Source: Flectonema sp. DT1601
Taxonomy: Eukaryota
Assembly: GCA_964019425.1 (NCBI GenBank)
Contig: OZ025798.1
Coordinates: forward strand, 62,001-126,000
Direction: 5' to 3'
DNA length: 64,000 nucleotides
Shown here: piece by piece, positions 11,521 through 24,200 of the stretch
Layout of the letters: every line of letters begins with the position of its first letter
Numbering within the stretch: position 1 is the stretch's first letter
Notes under the pieces: generated by a model
What the model was told of the DNA's origin: nothing
Seen by the model: the letters and a program-made list of their open reading frames with translations, nothing else
The model's database searches: none
Translations under genes and position numbers: made by a program

Positions 11521-14500
11521 CTACATTAGGAACGTTTCAGAATGCACAACCACAGCGCCTCTATATCCACAGCTATCAATCGCTTGGAAAACAGATTTCT
11601 CCATAAGTTCTGGACCACACGTGTACACACCAATATCACCGGCGGGGGTATCGGTGTTGGTTTCTTGAAACAGAGAACCACCTGGTGTGAATACTTTACT
11701 GTAATCAGGTCTTCCTGAAGTGACAGTAACATTAGCTGGCATCTTGATATGGGAAATCTCCCCCCCACCAGTGTAGTACAGAAAGGTGTGTACCGATTCC
11801 GTTTCCAACTCGTTGAGGTACGGTGCGATTAGTTCGAGTAAAGCTACGTCACGGCAACTCCAATGGAGGTGAATCTTTGCCGACTCTGAGTTTCCAGGAG
11901 TGCTTTGCATTTCTGTTTCATCATTGGTTCTTGAGGCAGCGCATACATTCATAATACCAACGAGTGGAGTCACACCAACACCACCAGCGCATAGAATGAC
12001 TCTTTCGTAGTGTTGTGGCATCACAGTTGGGACTCCAAACGGACCTTCTAAACGAACAGTGTCACCCTCTTCGATACTTTTAATGATGTGGTCTGTTGAG
12101 GTTCCAGAACCCATGTTTTTAATAATGAAATCAACAGTCGACCCATCCTTCACTACAGAAAACGGATGCGTCTGGAACATGTCTCCCATTACTCCCACGT
12201 TGTAGTAGCTTCCGTATGTGCATGGTTTCTGATTTTTAATACTCACCTTCATCTTAGTGTACTGACCGTCTTCGCTAGAGATCTTCTCTCTCACTACAGC
12301 CGCAGGTTGGATGAACTTATAAATAGCACATATAACAATGAACCCTGACGCTACTGATACCGGAATCAGAATCGTACTGGAGTGTAGGCACGAGAAGACA
12401 AGAACTAAGATTGCTGAGATCCAGTGACTGTAAAGAAAGATGTGATACCATCTTCTTCTAATAAAGGAAAGTGTGAACATTAAGAAGGTGAACCCGAGAC
12501 ATAAGACTCCATAAAGAGGAGCAGCTCCCTTGTAGTCGTCAGTTTTCCACATCAGGTCTAAGATGTCTTTGTTAGAACTGTCGATTAGATAACCAATTCC
12601 ATGAATTGATGAAAACAATAAGAAGGATACTCCCAACCATCTGTGATATGTTATTAATCTCTCTCTTGAGATCTTTACTAACTGTCCGATACTTCCACTG
12701 GATAGTAACAGAGTTGTTGTAAGAGTAATTACGGCTGGGTTAGCAGTCCCATACCACCACTCTTCTGTACTATAAGAAGCAAAGTACGACACCGTACACG
12801 CAATTGCAACAACAGTCATCGCAATGATTGTACCCACGTGAGAGTTGAATAACTTCTTGCTGATGAAGTCTGGTCCATTCTTACTGTAGCGGTAGTACAT
12901 CAAACCAGAAACTAGACCAATGCCGGCGATTAGAACAATTGCGATCATGGAATAACCAATCCGGAAGGTTTTCTCATCTCCAACACTTCTAGTTCCTCCA
13001 GTAGCAAGGAATTGCCCTCCTCGTTGATCGTCGTCGTGTTTGTCCAGATTGCCATTCGTTACTGTTCCAACACTCCACAATATCGGAGCTCCAGATACAA
13101 ACCCGCTGCCTACTTCATCAAATGTTGCAGTGAGTGTGAAGAACCCACTTTCGACTGAGAACTCCGTTACGGCGACTTTTTGAATTGCTTCCGGCTGGGG
13201 ACCTGAAAGCACAAGCTTGCTGTTCTCACAAAGACCAGGTTCTCTACAAGTTATCGAACGCCCATCCTCCATAGTTCCGAGAGATATACCGCACCATAAT
13301 CCCACCTGACATCTCATCACCATCTGAAACTTATTTTCATCAAAGTTGAGTGACGTCAATGAAAACTGTTGAGAAAACACCTGCGCTGATGATCCGATAT
13401 TTAAACCTGAGGACACGCTGTGACCGGATGTGTAGTCAGCAGTTCTTCCCATGGCGGTCATCATTTCAACACTCGCAGCTGTTGTGTCGAATGTGAATGA
13501 CTCACCCTGTCCCGCCATAGTTCTCATGAAAACGACTTCTCTCATTCCCCCGACGATGGCATCCGACACTATCTTATCTCCTCGAATGCTGTCAATCAAC
13601 GTCCCCTGACTTCGATCCGTTAGGGTTCGTTCTTCAACAGTTGTTGGACTGCCGCTAGTTATAATGAAAGCAGTAGCCGTTGGCGTCATTCTTATCTGTC
13701 CGAATGCTACTCCAAACCAAACACCCTGCAGACCTCTTACTGTGATCGTTGCTTCAGTTGATGAGAATCGAACATCTGTTGTAACTCCCGTCACTTGATC
13801 AGATGCAATAATCTCATCAGATGAGATTGTTGAAATACTTGGAGGAGCTGGTGGAACAGCAGTTGGCGGAGCATCTGATATCGGAGCTGGTGTTGCTGCA
13901 GGATTCGAAGAGACGAACGTTAATGATCCATCACCTCGTGCGCTGTGGTAGACATACGCACCTGGTCCACTCGCCCAAGTCACATCAATGCTTCCAGCAG
14001 CCAACGGAAAAGTGCACGTCCCGGAACCTCCAGCAATAGGTCTAGTTATAACTACTACTCTGTTTGCGCCAACCACAGTGTCTGATATTACCGTCAACAC
14101 TGCTGGTGGGTCGGTTCCAGCGGTATACGATCCTAACACCTTCTCGTATGGAGCAACCCCGTTCTCAATAACAATCGCGGATGCGGTGTTAGCCATGGCA
14201 TTTCCGCCAAACCCAGCGGAATAATATCCCACATTAGGTCCAGTCATTGTTATCTTCACCTCAGTCCCAACTTCAACCGTCGAAGTGATTCCAGAACCCG
14301 ACCAACTTCCAATAACTGATATTGCTGACGGTGCGTCAGTTGGCACCGCTGTTGGCGGTGCAGGAGTTGGGACTGCGAAAGCAATCATTCCGGCACCTCT
14401 AAAATTCATGTGGTAGACATACGCACCCATTCCAGCAGCCCATGTCACATCAATGCTTCCAGCAGCTGTTGGAAAAGTGTACGTTCCGGAACCTCCAGCA

Positions 14501-14966
14501 ATAGGTCTGGTTACAACTACTACTCTGTTTGCGCCATCCACAGTGTCTGATATTACCGTCAACACTGCCGGTGGGTCGGTTCCAGCGGTTTGCGATCCCA
14601 ACACCTTCTCGTATGGAGCAACCCCGTTCTCAATAACAATCGCAGATGCGGTGTTAGCCATGACATTTCCACCAAACCCAACAGCAAACCATCCGTCATT
14701 AAATCCAGTCATTGTTATCCTCACTTCACTTCCAACTTCAACCGTTGAGGAGATCCCAATACCCGAATAAGTCCCGACGACGACAGGAGCCACTACCGGA
14801 GCAGCAAATTCCATTGAACTGGCACCTCGCGCGTCGTGGTAGACATACGCGCCCGCTCCACTCGCCCATGTCACATCAATGCTTCCAGCAGCTGTTGGAA
14901 AAGTGTACGTTCCGGAACCTCCAGCAATAGGTCTGGTTATAACTACTACTCTGTTTGCGCCAACCA
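11521..14966 (-). CDS. Multi-DOMON-domain ferric reductase (FRE/NOX-type flavocytochrome), 5' end missing
   Basis: C-terminal half has TM helices with heme His pairs (YHRWLG..HGIGY; YSHW..CLH), FAD motif HPFSV, LEGPFG, NADPH motif AGGVGVTP, CGP and terminal HSETF. N-terminal half has DOMON-like repeats (WFAVGFGGNVM...VTWA..G...YH). The frame stays open to ~14985, but repeat similarity stops at ~14966. Confidence 0.85.
13912..14966. repeat. Near-identical intragenic DOMON-domain repeats (2 full + 1 partial; ~465 and ~426 bp spacing)
   Basis: CACATCAATGCTTCCAGCAGC...GGAACCTCCAGCAATAGGTCT occurs at ~13981, ~14446 and ~14872. Confidence 0.9.
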
Positions 14967-15126
14967 GTGGACGTGTTTCTTGGATTTATTTTTATCACTG
15001 CTGTTGATGTTGCTGTTCATTGTACCAACAGACTATGAAACTCGTTCATACCAAGGCAGACTAAATCCCTTTAACTGACCCAGCTGTCGCCATATTGTTG
15101 TTGGAATAAAGTAGCTGGAAAAAGTT

Positions 15127-15998
15127 TTTCTGTACTTATTGATCTCGAACCTTTTGGGTGAGACTTGTGCGGGTTTCAACCCATCAGAACTGCAGGATGA
15201 CGAACCCATGTTGAATTAATGAGTGAAGCACAGGGCTTCTTGAAATGTTTGCTGCCGAGGAGTTTTTGCAACTTCGCGGTGAAGAGAGTTGTGTCTTGGC
15301 TAAGATACTAAAATTTGGAGCAAAGAACGGGATGACAAACAGAAGCAGCCGAAACAGCAGCAAAACAACAGACACAACCAGCCGACAGACCGCAGCCCAA
15401 GGAAGAACGAAAGAACTGGCTCAGCCATCGTGGAGGTGCAAGAGTCTTCGATGAAGGACTTGAACGTAAAACAGTCAAGTTCGATATCGCAGTAGATCAC
15501 CTTGTCAGGAACAACAGAACAGTGACGTGGTTAAATCAGAAAAAACGGAATAAATAAATCAGTTTCAAGAAAACTTTCAAAAGAATTCTGAGCGAACCTT
15601 AGGGAAGCCACCCCTGATACCAGGCGGGCGAAGGAAAAATTTATCGCTGAACGGCTAGCTAAAGGTGAAGGCTTCGCATATGTGTTCAAAAAGATAAAGG
15701 ACCTTGAGACGGATGAAGGACGTGAGATTCACATTCCTGAGTTTGACGAGAACCAACTACCTGCGAAGTTCTTGGAACAATTTGTCAAGACCCCGACAAA
15801 ACGTAAAAAGAGCAATGACTTCGTCAATGTCGGAGGGAATCTAACAATGTCTGAACAGAAGCGGGCCATCAAGAAGGTAAGACCCGGGAAAGCACCAGGT
15901 CCAGATGGAATCCATGGGATAATGTTGAAGAATTTATCGGTGATAGGAATGGATTTCCTCCTGGTGTTATTCAATGAATCGTGGCTAACGTCGAGGGT
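15127..15998 (+). mobile_element. Degenerate non-LTR retrotransposon (LINE, Ingi/I-like) fragment
   Basis: ORF 15682-16134 contains EQKRAIKKVRPGKAPGPDGIHGIMLKNL...LLVLFNESW, the typical pre-RT segment of APE-type LINEs. Similarity stops before the RT core. It is on the opposite strand to all host genes, and its boundaries are approximate. Confidence 0.75.
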
Positions 15999-16251
15999 AG
16001 GATCTGGAAGGAGGGTGTTATCACCTCGGAGTCCTCGTAATGATTATTGCTTCAGAAGCGATTCTGTTTGTTCACCTCCACTCTCATTCTCATTAAATAC
16101 ATTTTCTTTCTGTCTCTGCAGTCGAAAGAGTTGAACAACAAATGAACATTTCACAAGAGATAAGATAAAAGTCTAACTAATAAGTTCTAACAGAAATCAA
16201 TGTGAACGCCCAATTTCTTACAAAACGTTTCAATCATCCTATGCAGATGGT

Positions 16252-17335
16252 TTACGGTTCGGGCATCTCAAAAACAAATTGATCATCGTCATCATCAGGC
16301 CTGCTCAGTGTTTCCGCTTCCATCTGAAGCTGCTTTGCCCTCGCCAACAACTGCCGCTGGGCAAACACAACAGGTGCAGCAGGTGTTCGACAGCTTATTT
16401 GTAGCATCGCGTCTGTTGAAGGATCCGAAGAGTCTTCCGCCTTACTCAACTGTGCGTTTGCAACCGCGCGCTCCTTACTAAAAGATGAAAGGGTAGATGA
16501 CAGAATAACTGGAATATTTACCCCAGAATTGGTTGCGCGCTCCACTGAAGGCAAAGTTCGCATTGCCTTGTTGATTATCGCGTCCGTCTGCATACGACCT
16601 GTGTTGGTAATTATGTTAATAACAGAATACGGTAGGTAAGAACTTCAGAAAGCACAGAATATTCATACCGATTGTGAGACGCACAGCTTCGAGTAATTCC
16701 AAAAGCACTTCACTTGCGATACTCGAGACACGAAGATTGGTAGTTTTTGCTTGCAAAGACTTTTGAACCGAATCTACCCAGCGACTGTTTAGCTCAGCTT
16801 TCGAAGAGCGTTGTTTGAATTCCTGAATGTCGTCTAATAATTCAGTCCGTTGTTTTTCCCAGGAAGCTCTTTCAGAAGCGAGAAGGTGACGCTCCCTATC
16901 GAGTGCTTGTCGCAATGCCACAGATTCCTCTTTCTCCAAAAGGAGGCTATTTTTTAAAAAATCAATTTCAACAATCCGCGAGTTAACATCTGCCGCCTCA
17001 TCCTCAATATTGTTTTGAAGGTATTCGAATGCAGCAACTTTAGTACTCAAGTCTGAAGTTAGCTTCTCAATTTTATCATCGAATTCTGAACGTATTGAGA
17101 TCTTCAAGTTTGCGACGTATTCCTGTTTGTGTGTTTGCCATTCAGCCTCTCGTTCGCGGGCTGTTTCGTGTACTTTCTTTAGTTCGCTGACGTGTCGTTC
17201 CCTCAACTCAGATATCTCATCTCTCAAAGCATCGACTTCAATAGCATGTCTCATCTCCTGGTCAGATAAAGCCTCTTTTAACTCCCGTACCTTAGCCAAG
17301 GCATCGACCAACGTTACTTCTTCGTGGCTTACCAT
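16252..17335 (-). CDS. Coiled-coil hypothetical protein (exons 16669-17335 and 16252-16598; intron 16599-16668)
   Basis: Two adjacent ORFs join in frame through a 70-nt GTATGA...ACAG intron (..TIG/RMQ..). The sequence is E/K/L-rich and heptad-like. ATG follows TTCTACAG. Confidence 0.75.
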
Positions 17336-18208
17336 TTTACCTGTAGAATAATATGATAGCGAACTGTACTTCAAAGCTAAATTACGAAGTGGGCATCAAG
17401 TCTAAGACACATCATAAATCCTGAAGTACAAAATAATAATAAACTTCCAGTGCATCAGAAATATCATTTGTATGTTAGTTTACGGGGAGTGGCAGGCGCA
17501 TTATTTGAAGCAACATAAAAGAGAACAGCGCAAGACTGCGAAAAGGATAGGGCTGACTCACCTCATTGTGTACCTCCAACAAATGAGAAATAGAAAAGTT
17601 AGTTAGCGAGTCCGACTAATCAAATCTTATTAATTTAATGCAAAACAAGCAAAACGGTTAGAGCTGAGTTTACCGCAGACCAAAAAAAGGAAAAGAAAAG
17701 TTTAACCTCACACTCTCAAGCCCAATCAGGTAAAATAAAGAAAAAAAAGTTATAAGTAGCCTTGATTCCTGGAACACTACAAAAACTCTAACTGAGGGAT
17801 CCAGGCGACTTGCAAAAACACTTGAGAAAGTATTGAGAGAACTGACCTAATTCCATGTTGCTTAGCTAGAAATGCAACACGTCTCCATCGGTCCAGTTTG
17901 TAGTGCAAAACACTTTATTCCTTCTCTCGCTTCTTTCGATTACCCAAAGTTCCCAGAAATGAAAAAGTAGCAACTCCCAAGTTAGAAGTGAGGAATTGTT
18001 AAAGTTCTGAGTTAAAATTCTTCTTAATTCTGTTTCGCTAACGTGTAAGCAACTTGCCTCATCTGGGACAACTAATAATATGGAACATAGTTTTCATTCT
18101 TCGGTGCTGAATGAATAGACGTGGATCCTGTTTTGATTTGTTCAGTTGGATATGTTTGCTCAAACAAGAAAACAGAAATAGTACATTAAAAACATACAAA
18201 CCGCGGAA

Positions 18209-21200
18209 TTAGAAAGCAACAGTTGCGAGATCAGGTCTTGCTCTGTTGCACACTTCACAATAATAAAGCGTCTTCGGGTTGAAGAATGAACATCCTCCTG
18301 TTTCTGGAGCGCAAACCCACTTGTCGTGCGGACATTCTCGCTGTCCAGTCCATCCGAAATCACACATCTCACAAGTTGTCATGAATGGTGGGTTGAGATA
18401 AGTACAATTGCGGCAAGCCCAGAACCCTCCCTGCGCTGCAGAATCGTCAGCCGCGGGCTCTGCTTGACGAGTCGGCTGCAAATCAAGAGGCAATGAAAAG
18501 GTTAAAAAAACCTTCTCTAAATTCGTACCTTCGACATCAAACGTATTTACAACGTTCTGAATATCACCAGGTGACAGCCCAGGTACGATTATTTGAATTA
18601 GTCTCCCCAACTTCTCGGGAGTAATAGTTTCATCAGGTTCACAATGTGTTTGATAAACTTCTCTAATATCGAATCCCTTAAGGGAGGCGTGCTTCATTCC
18701 TTGGCTGATGTATTCAATCTGCCCTCTAGTTCTAATTAAATGCCACTCACTCTGTGGAGTAAATAACTTCGCAACCGGAGTGTCGAGGAATGCACCGCGC
18801 TGCCTTCTGCGAAGGCGAACAGCTTCGAAGAAAAAGTTACGTCGATCTTGAAGAGGAGTTGAGCGAAGGACGTTTTCAAGCTGCGTAAGCTGGTGGTCTG
18901 TGTAGTACATTTCTCCGTTAAAAAACCGAACACAAAGCATAAGAGATTCATCAGCAAAAGCATGCTGGTCTCCTGCAATTACATTCCCGTGTACGGTACT
19001 CAATGCTATTGATGGGATGGATGTTGTTGTCGAGTGTTTGGTGTGCATCATCCATCGGAGTGTTTCAGCCTCAGCTAGTGAAACGATGGCTGTAACTCTC
19101 TCAGTAGAATTGGTAGGAATCCACGTCATTATAATAAAAGCAACCTTCAATCGTCTCTCGCCAAGTCCTAACCAAGTAGGTCTGAAGAAGTTATCAGTTA
19201 CTAACAGCGATGATGGAAATGGAATTGGAGGCTGTGACTCAGTTGCTTTGAAGTCACAGAGGGGGTAGAACGGAGTCTCTCCAGTTGTGTGTTGTTCGCA
19301 GGTTATCTTGCCAGCAGACTGCAAAGCTGAGCATTCCCACGGATTGTGCTGTTCGTCATCTCGAGAAAATGCGGACTCTCGCTGTTCTTCCTGCTCAGCT
19401 TCTTGTTCTTGTTCTTGCTCAGCTTCTTGTTCGTGAACTACTTCGGATTCAAATCCGAGATCTACGCTATCGTAAGCTGCTGCAGCACCTTGAATAGAAG
19501 CCATGATCATTCCTATCCTTTTCTTATCGTCGTCAGTAATTGTGAAATCTTCATGGTCTGAAAGCAATTTCGTCATCTTGTGTTGATGTGTTTCTCCCTC
19601 TTCGTAACTGACATCGTGACTGATAACTTCGCGATACTCTTCAACACACTTTTGAATCCATTGCTTCCCATCTCCAACAAATCTCCGAATCCGAGACATT
19701 GCAAGATTCGTTTTATTCGCATCAACTTCTCCTACTAATGCCTTCAGTGCATGTTTTCTCCAAGTGTTTTGCAACTCCTGTTCTCCCAACTTAACTGCCT
19801 GGAGGTTTTCAAGTCGCATGCTATTGAGAAGAAGCCAGGCAGGCACATCCAACTCTGGCCTACCACTGGCGTGTGTGGCAAGTTCAGTATTGATACGAGA
19901 TTGTACTTCTGAGATAATAAATAAACGAACTGTCTGACCCTTTCCAATTCCACGCATTCTGTAGGCTCCCTGAGCGTAGTCTCTGAAAGTCATGTCCTTT
20001 CCAATAGTAACAACCGCTTTAGCAGTTGGGGCTTGTTTTATATCCATTCCAGTTGTGTGAATTTGGTCATAAAATGTGAATCGTCGTTGCTCTGTGATTC
20101 CGCACTGTGAAAACGGAACAATTCTTCCAGTGCGAGACATAACCATTTTATTATCTTGTTTATCAAGAAATACAACACCCTCATACCACTCAGGGAGAAG
20201 TTTCAATAAATATGCAGCCACCTCATTGTTGTCCATATTCGTAATGTAAGCACCCGTGTCAATGAGAGCATGGTAAGGAGGGTCTGCTTTAGCGATATCT
20301 TCAAGAATGCTCTTCGCTGACCATTTGCTCTTTATTTCAGCCGTAGTCACTAAGGAGGATGTCAATGTGTGGATAATGTCACCATCTGACCCAGGTTCGT
20401 ACTCACAATTACCGAGGTCTAAAGGCATCAAATTACTGGGCGTGCCACTGAAACCAGCTCTCTTTCCAAATAAGAGGGAGCTTCCCAACTCATGTCCGCA
20501 GGCAGAAATCTTCATTTTCTGAAAGTTCATTGTGGCAGGGAAGACGTGATGATCCAAGTAGTAATGAATAAGTTCTGGTACTCGACTGACCATTGCGTAC
20601 AGACGGGTGAACTGCTTTGTGTCACTGATATGAAACAGCGGAAGTGGCAACACACTTTCTGCAGAGGACTTGTTGAGTGCTGCACCGATGCGAAGCCAAT
20701 TTTGGTAAAGAACACAAGCGGGACGGCGGTCACGAGGTCCAAATTGTCTGCTGTATTCTTTCTTTAACTGCGATATTACTGCCCGTAGATCTCTCTTACG
20801 GAGACCTTCATAGCGATAGGCGAAGGTAGTGAGACCAATGACGACATCCGGATGGGCGAATTCCGAACTGCGAGAAGGAACATCCTTTCCAACAAAAGGG
20901 ACGGCTGTCAAGAGTCGAGAAGTTGTCGTGTTCGGATCCACCAATACCATGTCAGCTTCTTGTAAAAGACCAAAACCAACTCTGTTAATTTTTGAAAGAA
21001 CGTGCGGCAGCAGTGCTCCCATCCACTCCCTGGTGAGGATCAAAAGTTTCTTATCAGAAGCCCTCGACGCCTCAGCCATCGCATCTTGGCTCTCGCCCGA
21101 AATGAACGCTGCGATTAATGCTGGACTTATTCTTGAGGTCACAAAGCGAATCAACCAAATGGTTGACCATTTCGCGAAGATTGGCTTCAGTTGCATGTGA

Positions 21201-24200
21201 TAAAAGGAAGTATCCAACAATACCAAATGAGGTGATGTTTGGAGAGCATTTTGATTGCATCCCCGAGAGATTACTTCTGTTGTTTGATATAATAAGTCAG
21301 CGATAGAAATACCTGCGGTGGAGGATGCATTCTCCCAAAACCTGTCAATCTGAGTGCAAAGAGTTCCGTTCACAGCACCAAACACAGCGTCAATAATAAA
21401 CATCGGGAGATCCCATCGCTGACCCGCCAAATCGATTGCGTGCTTATTCCCAATTGGGAAATTCAGCTCCGACCGCAGCGGGTGTAACAACACATCAACC
21501 TCGTCAAGTAGAAGTGCTCCTCCCCTCCACAAATGAAGAATGTCAGTCAGTTTGTCTGCCATTTCCGACCTGCTAATCATCCGATCTCTCACTCTGGATG
21601 CTTCTTTTCGTTTCACATTCGTACCCTCGAGTGATGTCGCTTCAGAAATTGGAGTCGACTCAAGTGAGTGTAGAAGTTCGATAAACTTTAATTCGAGCGA
21701 TTTTATCGCCTCCGGAGGTGCAACCACAACACCTCTGTCTTTAGCGGCAGTCATTAACTTGTTGTGTAGCAGTACAATAGCATCTGGTGAATCTTCAACA
21801 GAACGATCAAATTCTAACACAAAAACCTTTTTCGGCAAAATAGGTGCCGTGAAGCAAGACTGAAGAACACTTCTCGTTTGTTGCAAAAGTGCAGAAGGCA
21901 TCACCTGAGTGACAAGACGGTCTCCATTTGACAGAAGTAATACCAACAAGGGAGAGACCACCTGAGTCTTTCCTTGTCCCATAATCATTTGCTGAACTCG
22001 ACTAACACCACTTTCTAGATTGCCCATAAACCAATTTACCATTTCCACTTGACGCTTACGGAGTCTGATGTTAAACATAAATTCAAACAACAGGAATCTC
22101 GGGTCAAAAGTACCCTCGTGTATGTAGTGTCGCTTTTGCACCAAAAGTTCTGCGAGAGCGCGGGCGGCGTGTTTGATACGAAGTTCTAATTGAGACACGT
22201 CTGTTTGTGCAGTTGAACTACTAGTTCCACAGCGAGGGAAGTCACCAGTACTGCCAGTGCTTGTTTGTCTTGCGAGTGTGGCATCTCGTGGCATGGCCTT
22301 CAATAGTAAACTTCGCAGATTCTCAGCAGCTGTCTTAGCGGCATTCGCGTGGCTGATTCTATTCGACAAAATTAAAATTGGAGTCACTAAAGGAATCGTA
22401 TCTTCTGTGTATGGATTTACTTCTCGCAAGTCATCTATCGACCTGCTCGAAATAAAGAGCGCCGCCAAGTGCGGCATATCTACGGAAGCTACTTCCCCAG
22501 TGAGACGACGGAGTGCAAATCTAATTCTCCGAGTTAAGTCTTCAGTTCGATTTCCTCTTCCGCCTTTCGGTAGTGGGATGGCATTACTTTTAGCAACGAC
22601 TTCAGATATTTGAGCTTTCACAAGTTTCGCATCGGCATCCTGAAATTGAGACAATGAGGAGATTAAATTATCCAGTACTTGAATTCCACTGATCGCATCT
22701 CCTTTTATCATCGAGTCAATTTCATCGCTCGATAGCCCTCTCAGGATTGGAATTTCTCTATTTGACATCATACCAGCAAACCTGCCAACATCTCCTTTTA
22801 GCCGACGAATCATTTCGTTAGCGACTGGTGTTGAAAGTGCCTCATCAGGTACTTTAAATGGAATATCATTATTATATGTGTCTGTTTGAGTCTTCCAGTT
22901 GACAAAAGAATTGCAAATCTGTAAAAGTGGGTAATCTAAACTCTCTTTCAAAGCAGCGTCTACGGGTGACGCTGCCCGAGCTGAGTCGGATACGCGAGGC
23001 CTTTGCTTCCTAGACTGCGACAACTTACGCACGACTTCGGCATCAATCTTCTGCGTAATTGATAGAGGGACCTTTCTCAAGTTCTCTAAGTGAGTTGAAA
23101 GATGATCATACAGTCCTCCCATACTTCTTACGGTTGTTACACTTTTTAAGAACTCAGCGTCTAATTGATCAATGAACGCTCTGACAAGAGAGTTCCTTCC
23201 TTCTCCCTTATAAATCTCAATCCCGAACTTCATGTGAGTTTTTGTTTCGTGATCAGCTGGCAAAACAGGCCACTGACGGTTTCTTTTGTTTAAGACATGT
23301 GCAAGCGTCACCATCTGTCGGCACATCGTTCCTTCGACTTCTCCGTCTTCAACAGCCTCCTTTCCCCATCGAGCGAGTTTTAAGTGAGTCCACCTGGTAA
23401 GTAATTCAGAGGCAGTTTTTGAAATGTCGTTCCCAGAAATCTTCATTGGAATTAATCCCCTCACTGCCTGGTACAGAAAAACCACTCCGAGTCCCTTACC
23501 TCCTCCACCAACATCATCCTGAAGCATCCTGTCGCTGTACAGGAATTCTGTTAAAGTCTTATCGTCTAAGGAAGGGGGTGGCGTGCATTGAATTCTCTGA
23601 ATTCTCGTGCAATTCGATTCAATATAAGTTTGTGAAGCCATCAGCATCTTCATCCATGGTTGACCTGGTACCATTGCTGGTGGTGGCTTCAGAGTGACCT
23701 CACCAGATGATGTCAGGCAAGCCATCTTGTTTTTAATTAGTGGCGAGCCTTGTTCGCAACGTCGAAGGATGGTTTCGACCTCCTGTTCTGTCAACGTACA
23801 TGTTGATGCGACGTGAGATTGAAGTTTTAGATACCAATCAACTTCATCAGCAAGTTCCCAACTGGGTTTCACGGGAGAGAACACCATCGCAATTGATAAC
23901 TGTAACCGACACGCTGTGGCATCCGGATGCCTATCTTTTGTACTTCTTTCCATTTGATCGTAAATCCATTGCTCGTCAGGTCGCAGGGCAACATCAGTAC
24001 AGACTCCGTCTGCAAGCCGGTGGGCTTCATTGTAATTTCTCTGCAGAAGTCGAACCAACAACAGATAAAGAGTTGGTCCCATTCCGCTGCTTACTAAGAA
24101 GGATTTCGAAACATGGACAGGGAAAGAATATAATCTCTGCTCCATCACTTCTTCCCAACCAAGTGAAGTTCTCAAAGGTACTAAACGACACGGAAATGCT

